Source: an uncultured Candidatus Berkelbacteria bacterium
GTDB taxonomy: Bacteria; Patescibacteriota; UBA1384; UBA12157
Reading direction: 5' to 3'
DNA: 64,000 bases
NCBI GenBank assembly: GCA_903877885.1
Contig: CAIRFN010000004.1
Coordinates: forward strand, 19,869 to 83,868
Of this stretch, positions 59,185-64,000 are shown piece by piece; the stretch's first letter is position 1; each line of letters opens with the position of its first letter. The notes beneath the pieces are model-generated. The model was not told the origin of the DNA and made no database searches. It worked only from the letters and a program-made list of their open reading frames with translations. The position numbers were made by a program, and so were the translations under genes.

Positions 59185-60252
59185 ATGCTTACAAACAAAA
59201 CGATTTACATTGTTACCACTGGGGCAACAAAGGTAAAAAGCGTGAGTATGCTGTTGAATCAGTTCAAACAAGAAAAAGCTAATTGTGTGTTAATACCAAC
59301 ATCAATGTCTTGTTCTATGATGGATTGGGACTCTATCAACGGCTTCAATATAAGAAAGGATTATGCTGGCGAAGATAGTGAAAATCTGCCCGAAGAGGAT
59401 ATCGTAGTTGTTGCTCCTTGTACATTCAATTCCTTTTCAAAAATCGCTCATGGTATTGCTGATAATTATCCAATGTCAATATTGCACGCAGCGATAGGTA
59501 AAAATAAGCATGTAGTTATTGCACCAGCTATGAATTATTGGTATTTCAATCATCCATTAACAAAAGAGAATCTCTCTAAAATATCTTCATACGACAATGT
59601 CAGTATTGTGTATCCAGAATTTATCTACTCGAGTGACGGCAAGTTAGAAAAAATTACTATGGCACCTTGGGAAAAGATATTTGATAATGTTTGTCATAAA
59701 TATGAGAAAATCAGATATATTGATAGGAAGATTTTGTTTAACGGATCATCGTTAGTGGAGAAATACTTTTCTGAATTTTCTTTGACAGGTGTACATTTGC
59801 AAGAGAACCATTATGCGAATAGTACAGCAGGTTTTATGGCAATGAGAATTCCCGAAGGTATATTGATTACTTGCTCTGGTTCTTTAGTGGGTAGTCTATC
59901 TAGAGATGACATAACCATTATCCATGGTTGGGATAATCATGAGGTATTGTGGTCTGGAACTTCGAGGCCGTCTTTTGAGACACCTCTTGTCCTTGAAATG
60001 TTTGAAGCATTTCCATATAAAACTGTCATAGTGCATGGGCATTGTCGGGATGTTACCTATAGCCCAAAAACATTAAAATACAATAGCCTCGGCTATCTGA
60101 AATATGGTGAGTGGAATGAATTATATAAGATTAAACCAGTTTTAGAAGCTTATGGGAAGGGTATTATGAAACTCCACGGAGAGGTAATAATGGCAAATAA
60201 TTTTAAGGAAGCGTTGAATATGTATTTTGATATGTATAAAGAAACTCAATAA
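59185..60252 (+). CDS. HFCD flavoprotein (CoaC/EpiD-like) fused to a class II aldolase-like domain
   Basis: VVAPCTFNSFSKIAHGIADN and PAMN; C-terminal ITCSGS, PSFE, VHGH, LHG. Confidence 0.75.
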   Translation: MLTNKTIYIVTTGATKVKSVSMLLNQFKQEKANCVLIPTSMSCSMMDWDSINGFNIRKDYAGEDSENLPEEDIVVVAPCTFNSFSKIAHGIADNYPMSILHAAIGKNKHVVIAPAMNYWYFNHPLTKENLSKISSYDNVSIVYPEFIYSSDGKLEKITMAPWEKIFDNVCHKYEKIRYIDRKILFNGSSLVEKYFSEFSLTGVHLQENHYANSTAGFMAMRIPEGILITCSGSLVGSLSRDDITIIHGWDNHEVLWSGTSRPSFETPLVLEMFEAFPYKTVIVHGHCRDVTYSPKTLKYNSLGYLKYGEWNELYKIKPVLEAYGKGIMKLHGEVIMANNFKEALNMYFDMYKETQ

Positions 60253-60385
60253 TCGCATCTGAATTTGGCTGGATATAAAGAATTTTGTCCAGCCTTTTTA
60301 TATTCTTATTATTTTCATTATTTAGTGGTATAGTGAAAATTGAGGAAGATAAAAAATTTAATAAAAATTAAACATGAAAGTCTAA

Positions 60386-60811
60386 ATGATAAAGAAAAAA
60401 ATTTTAGCAATTGTTTATCGGAAAAAAAATAATAAAGAAGAAATTCTTGTACTAAAACAAAATGCTACTGATAAAATTCATCAAGCAGTCGGATTTTATG
60501 TAATTACTGGTGCAGTTGAAGGTAACGAAAGTTCGACTGATGCAGTAAAAAGAGAAATCAAAGAAGAGACAGGAGTCAAAAACATAATTAATATCCAGGA
60601 TTTAGAAACGGTCTTTGAATATAAACATCCGGCCGAAGGAGATTGTTTGTGTCAAGAATATTGTTTTGCTGTATTAGTTGATGATGAAGTGAGACATTTG
60701 AGCAAAGAGCATACAGAATACAGATGGCTATCAATAGAAGATTTTATAGAAACGGTATATTGGTATGGTGATAAATCAGATTTAAAGAAGTTATTAGATA
60801 AATTTATATAA
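60386..60811 (+). CDS. NUDIX hydrolase
   Basis: TGAVEGNES...AVKREIKEETG, LSKEHTEYRW. Confidence 0.9.
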   Translation: MIKKKILAIVYRKKNNKEEILVLKQNATDKIHQAVGFYVITGAVEGNESSTDAVKREIKEETGVKNIINIQDLETVFEYKHPAEGDCLCQEYCFAVLVDDEVRHLSKEHTEYRWLSIEDFIETVYWYGDKSDLKKLLDKFI

Positions 60812-60893
60812 TAATCTATTTGAGCAAGCAAAGCATTAGTATGCCTGGTGAGGTCATCGCCAAGATTAAGAAAGTAATGGGAAATTAAAGAAA

Positions 60894-60978
60894 TGTCATT
60901 CCCGAGTCGAGTGGCACTCGACATCGGGAATCCAGTTCCTAGATTCCAGATCCTGCGGCCCGCCGGTCTGGAATGACA
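60894..60978. repeat. TGTCAT...ATGACA-bounded palindromic (REP-like) element
   Basis: tgtcattcccg...cgggaatc...ctggaatgaca. Confidence 0.65.
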
Positions 60979-61119
60979 ATGATTTTTATTTTGGGCCGAA
61001 AATAAAGAGTAGAATAGTTCCGAGAACGATAAACAATAAAATAATTTCTAAAGAAACCGCGATCATTTGTTTGGCGCGGATTTCTTTTTGTAATTGCGGT
61101 GGTAAAAGATTAATGTGTT

Positions 61120-62037
61120 TCATTCGTTTGCCTTCATAGCAAGCCCCACCGCAACGGAAAAAGCCGGGTCATAGGATTTAGTTTTGATCGCTGGCCGACC
61201 GACTACAGTTTGAGTGTGAATGCTTTGCTCTAAAGCCTCGACTGCGCCTTGGACATTGCTGCCGCCGCCGGCGAGAATAATTTTTTTAAAAATTTTGGCT
61301 TGAAGTAATTTGTTTTGATAGTATTTCATCAAATGGCTAATTTCTTGGCTTAAAACTTGAACTGACCCAGCTAAATCTGTGGCTAATTGGTCGCCACCGA
61401 TTTTAACCACCGAAGTTAAGCGAATTGTTCGATTGTCCAAGATTACCAGACTGGTGACTTTGGCGCCAATGTCAGCCATCAAAATCAATTCATTTTCTTT
61501 GGCTGAAATTAAAGCTCTGGTTAAAGCCAAAGGTTTGGTTTCAATATTAAGCATTTCAAGTCCAGCTAAATTCATGGTTTCGACTAAATCATCAACCGTT
61601 TTTTTGCTCGCCGCCACAGCCAAAACTTCAGTCGCGCCTTCGGGCGTTTGGCCCGCTACTTCCCAATCCAAATAAATTTCGTTTGCTTGCATCGGGAAAA
61701 ACTTAATCGCTTCATTGGTAATGTAACGAGTCAGTTCATCGGAACTAGCTTCGGGAATGGTTAGAAATTTAGTAAAAACCAGAGATTCCGGCAAACCTGA
61801 ATAGACAAATTTGGAAGTGATTGGTTGAGGTTTGGCTTCGGCCAAGGATTTTTTAATAATATCAGCCAAGATTTGTTTATCCTTAATGCCGTTATGGCTA
61901 AAAGAACCTTCGGGAATATTGGCGGCGTTAACGCCAATCAAATCAGGGCCTGAAACTTGGGCAATTTTAAGAGAACGTAGTCCGATATCCAAACCGAAAC
62001 CGGCTGGTTTAATTAAAAAATCGGTGAAATTACTCAT
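61120..62037 (-). CDS. pilM: Type IV pilus assembly protein PilM
   Basis: GLDIG, DIGAKVT, GGD, ILAGGGS, AVGLAM actin-like ATPase motifs. Confidence 0.88.
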   Translation of the reverse strand: MSNFTDFLIKPAGFGLDIGLRSLKIAQVSGPDLIGVNAANIPEGSFSHNGIKDKQILADIIKKSLAEAKPQPITSKFVYSGLPESLVFTKFLTIPEASSDELTRYITNEAIKFFPMQANEIYLDWEVAGQTPEGATEVLAVAASKKTVDDLVETMNLAGLEMLNIETKPLALTRALISAKENELILMADIGAKVTSLVILDNRTIRLTSVVKIGGDQLATDLAGSVQVLSQEISHLMKYYQNKLLQAKIFKKIILAGGGSNVQGAVEALEQSIHTQTVVGRPAIKTKSYDPAFSVAVGLAMKANE

Positions 62038-62053
62038 GATTGATAAATCTGTA

Positions 62054-62521
62054 TCATTTTTGAGGCATGTATTGATTTAAAATATGTTCTAATTCGTTAA
62101 TGGTACAAAGCAGACTTTTGATTTCCAAACCGGTTTTCTGGTTCAAAAATTCTTGGGCTTCAACGTTTGATGGGCTTAACATCACGATAGTTAAAATATT
62201 GCCATCAAGCGAGATTGGTGCCAAATCATATTGGCGAGCAATGTGTTCCGGTACCAGTTGTAAAACCCTTCGCGGTACTTTGATTTTTTTCAAATCCAAA
62301 TTAACAATGTCGGAAATTTTTTCCAGCAACGTTTCCGATTGATTATCGGCTTTAGCTTCATCGGTTAAGGAAAACATACCCAAACCTTCGATTTCCACAC
62401 TTTCGCCACGATTAACCGCCCGATTAACTGTATCGGTGATGATCTTTAAAACTTCAGCGGTTTTAGATATACTCAAGCCGCATTTTATTGAAACCGTTTT
62501 GATTAAATCGGTATATTCCAT
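62054..62521 (-). CDS. HU/IHF-like DNA-binding domain fused to a GspE/PilB N-terminal (MshEN/T2SSE_N) domain
   Basis: LIK.VS...GLS...GESVEIEGLGMF (HU); VPEHIARQYDLAPI...L.IVM..P (T2SSE_N). Confidence 0.65.
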   Translation of the reverse strand: MEYTDLIKTVSIKCGLSISKTAEVLKIITDTVNRAVNRGESVEIEGLGMFSLTDEAKADNQSETLLEKISDIVNLDLKKIKVPRRVLQLVPEHIARQYDLAPISLDGNILTIVMLSPSNVEAQEFLNQKTGLEIKSLLCTINELEHILNQYMPQK

Positions 62522-62573
62522 GTATTTATTGTAACACGATTGCATAAATTTAAAAATAAGATATCATAAAGAC

Positions 62574-64000
62574 ATGTCACTCTACCGCAAGCATCGTCCG
62601 CAACAATTTAACGATATCGTTGGTCAAGAACATATTAAAACGACTTTAGCTAATGCTTTGAAACAAGGCAGTTTTTCGCATGCATACATTTTTGCCGGGC
62701 CCAAAGGTTCAGGTAAAACGACCACCGCCAGACTTTTAGCCAAGGCTTTGAATTGCTCTGGCCGCGATATTACTCAAAATATCGAGCCGTGCGAAAAATG
62801 TATGTCTTGTCTGGAAGTAACCAAAGGTCAATCGATGGATGTGGTGGAAATTGATGCGGCCAGTAATCGCGGCATTGATGAAATTCGCGATTTACGCGAA
62901 AAAGTTAGGTTTGCGCCAACGGCGGGCAAATATAAAGTTTATGTGATTGACGAATGTCATATGTTAACCAAAGAGGCGTTTAACGCTTTGCTTAAGACTT
63001 TGGAAGAGCCGCCAAAGCATGCGGTTTTTATTTTAGCCACGACTGAACTGCATAAAGTGCCGGCGACGATTTTGTCACGGGCCCAACTGTTTGATTTTAA
63101 AAAAGCCAAAGTTGAAGAAGTGATGTCCTTGTTGGAAAGCGTAGTCAAAAAAGAAAAAATCAAAATTTCCAAAGAGGCGTTACAATTGATTGCCAGATTG
63201 GCTTATGGCGCGTATCGCGATGGTTTAACTTTGCTTGATCAAGTCGCCTCAATCAAATCCGATGGCGAAATTACCTTAGCTCAAGTCCAAGCGGTTTTGG
63301 GTCAAGCGACCGAACAATCAGTTTGGGATTTGGTCGAAGCAATCTCTCAAAAAAACCGCAATTCAGCTTTAAAAAATATTAATGATGTTTATTTTGAAGG
63401 CAAAGATTTAGCTTATTTTACAGGTGAAGTAATCGAGCTTTTACGTAAAATTATTTTGACTCAAGCGGGATTAGCAAATCAATTTGAAGTATCTAAAGAA
63501 GAAAAACTAAAAATCGAAAATTTTGCCAAGAATTTTACCAGCGCCGAATTAGTTTTATTAATTCAAAAATTATCGGCCGTGATCGGACAAGTAAAATCTT
63601 CGATTCTTGGGCAATTGCCGTTAGAGATGGTGATTTTTGAGCTGACCGAAAGTCAGAATCATGAATCAAGAATCATGAATCATGAAGAAAAAAAAGAAAA
63701 GCCAAAAATAGAAGTAAAACCTAAATTAGTAATTGAAACCGAAGAAGAAATAAAAGCTAAAGAAATCGTAGTTGAAGAACCAATTATCGAAGAAAAACCA
63801 GTCAAGAATATTGAGATCGAAAGTGATATTAAAAAAGCCTGGCCGGCTATTGTGAAAATTGTTAAAGCCAACAACAATGCCATTGCCGCGATGTTGCGCG
63901 ATACGGTGATTAAAGAAGAAACTGACGAGAGTATTTTGCTTGGGACTAAATTTAAATTTCAGGCTGATCAACTTTGCAATGTTAAAATTCGACCACTGAT
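62574..64000 (+). CDS. dnaX: DNA polymerase III subunit gamma/tau (runs off the window end; absent from the ORF track)
   Basis: MSLYRKHRPQQF..IVGQ, GPKGSGKTT, EIDAASN, IDECHML, LLKTLEEPP. Confidence 0.97.
   Translation, partial: MSLYRKHRPQQFNDIVGQEHIKTTLANALKQGSFSHAYIFAGPKGSGKTTTARLLAKALNCSGRDITQNIEPCEKCMSCLEVTKGQSMDVVEIDAASNRGIDEIRDLREKVRFAPTAGKYKVYVIDECHMLTKEAFNALLKTLEEPPKHAVFILATTELHKVPATILSRAQLFDFKKAKVEEVMSLLESVVKKEKIKISKEALQLIARLAYGAYRDGLTLLDQVASIKSDGEITLAQVQAVLGQATEQSVWDLVEAISQKNRNSALKNINDVYFEGKDLAYFTGEVIELLRKIILTQAGLANQFEVSKEEKLKIENFAKNFTSAELVLLIQKLSAVIGQVKSSILGQLPLEMVIFELTESQNHESRIMNHEEKKEKPKIEVKPKLVIETEEEIKAKEIVVEEPIIEEKPVKNIEIESDIKKAWPAIVKIVKANNNAIAAMLRDTVIKEETDESILLGTKFKFQADQLCNVKIRPL

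Larger units (their letters stand above)
56753..60888. mobile_element. Integrase-less island flanked by 49-bp direct repeats of the response-regulator 3' end
   Basis: 56753-56801 and 60840-60888 share 42 identical bp, then end g-aac-taa versus a-aat-taa. Confidence 0.75.

Overview
Bacterial chromosomal segment (standard code, AT-rich). The gene content (archaeal-type non-discriminating AspRS, PaaX-like regulator, stand-alone rpmA and rplS, pilM, multi-TM histidine kinase with receiver-only regulators) suggests a Patescibacteria/CPR-type genome; this is inference. Housekeeping genes (ndk, tmk, dnaE, rpmA, rplS, gltX, trxB, aspS, hisS, argS, pilM, dnaX) alternate with accessory cassettes. The strongest signal is an arginine-centred locus at about 39.9-47.8 kb. 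It holds three tRNA-Arg genes (TCG, GCG, TCT) that all have an atypical U1-A72 acceptor stem, argS, argE and a degenerate ArgA-like protein that keeps the arginine-binding motif. It also holds an unannotated Arg-codon leader peptide with overlapping antiterminator/terminator hairpins (classic ribosome-mediated attenuator architecture) in front of a threonine-synthase-like PLP enzyme and a PGM1-type ATP-grasp ligase. Other notable items: a 4-kb integrase-less island bounded by a duplicated response-regulator 3' end, a CP-ATP-grasp/GATase cassette, a cNMP + AdoHcy-hydrolase-like fusion, an orphan Phd antitoxin with a long Pro-rich tail, an HU-MshEN fusion, unannotated small ORFs and several families of dispersed short repeats. 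All product calls come from motif recognition by eye; no database searches were run.
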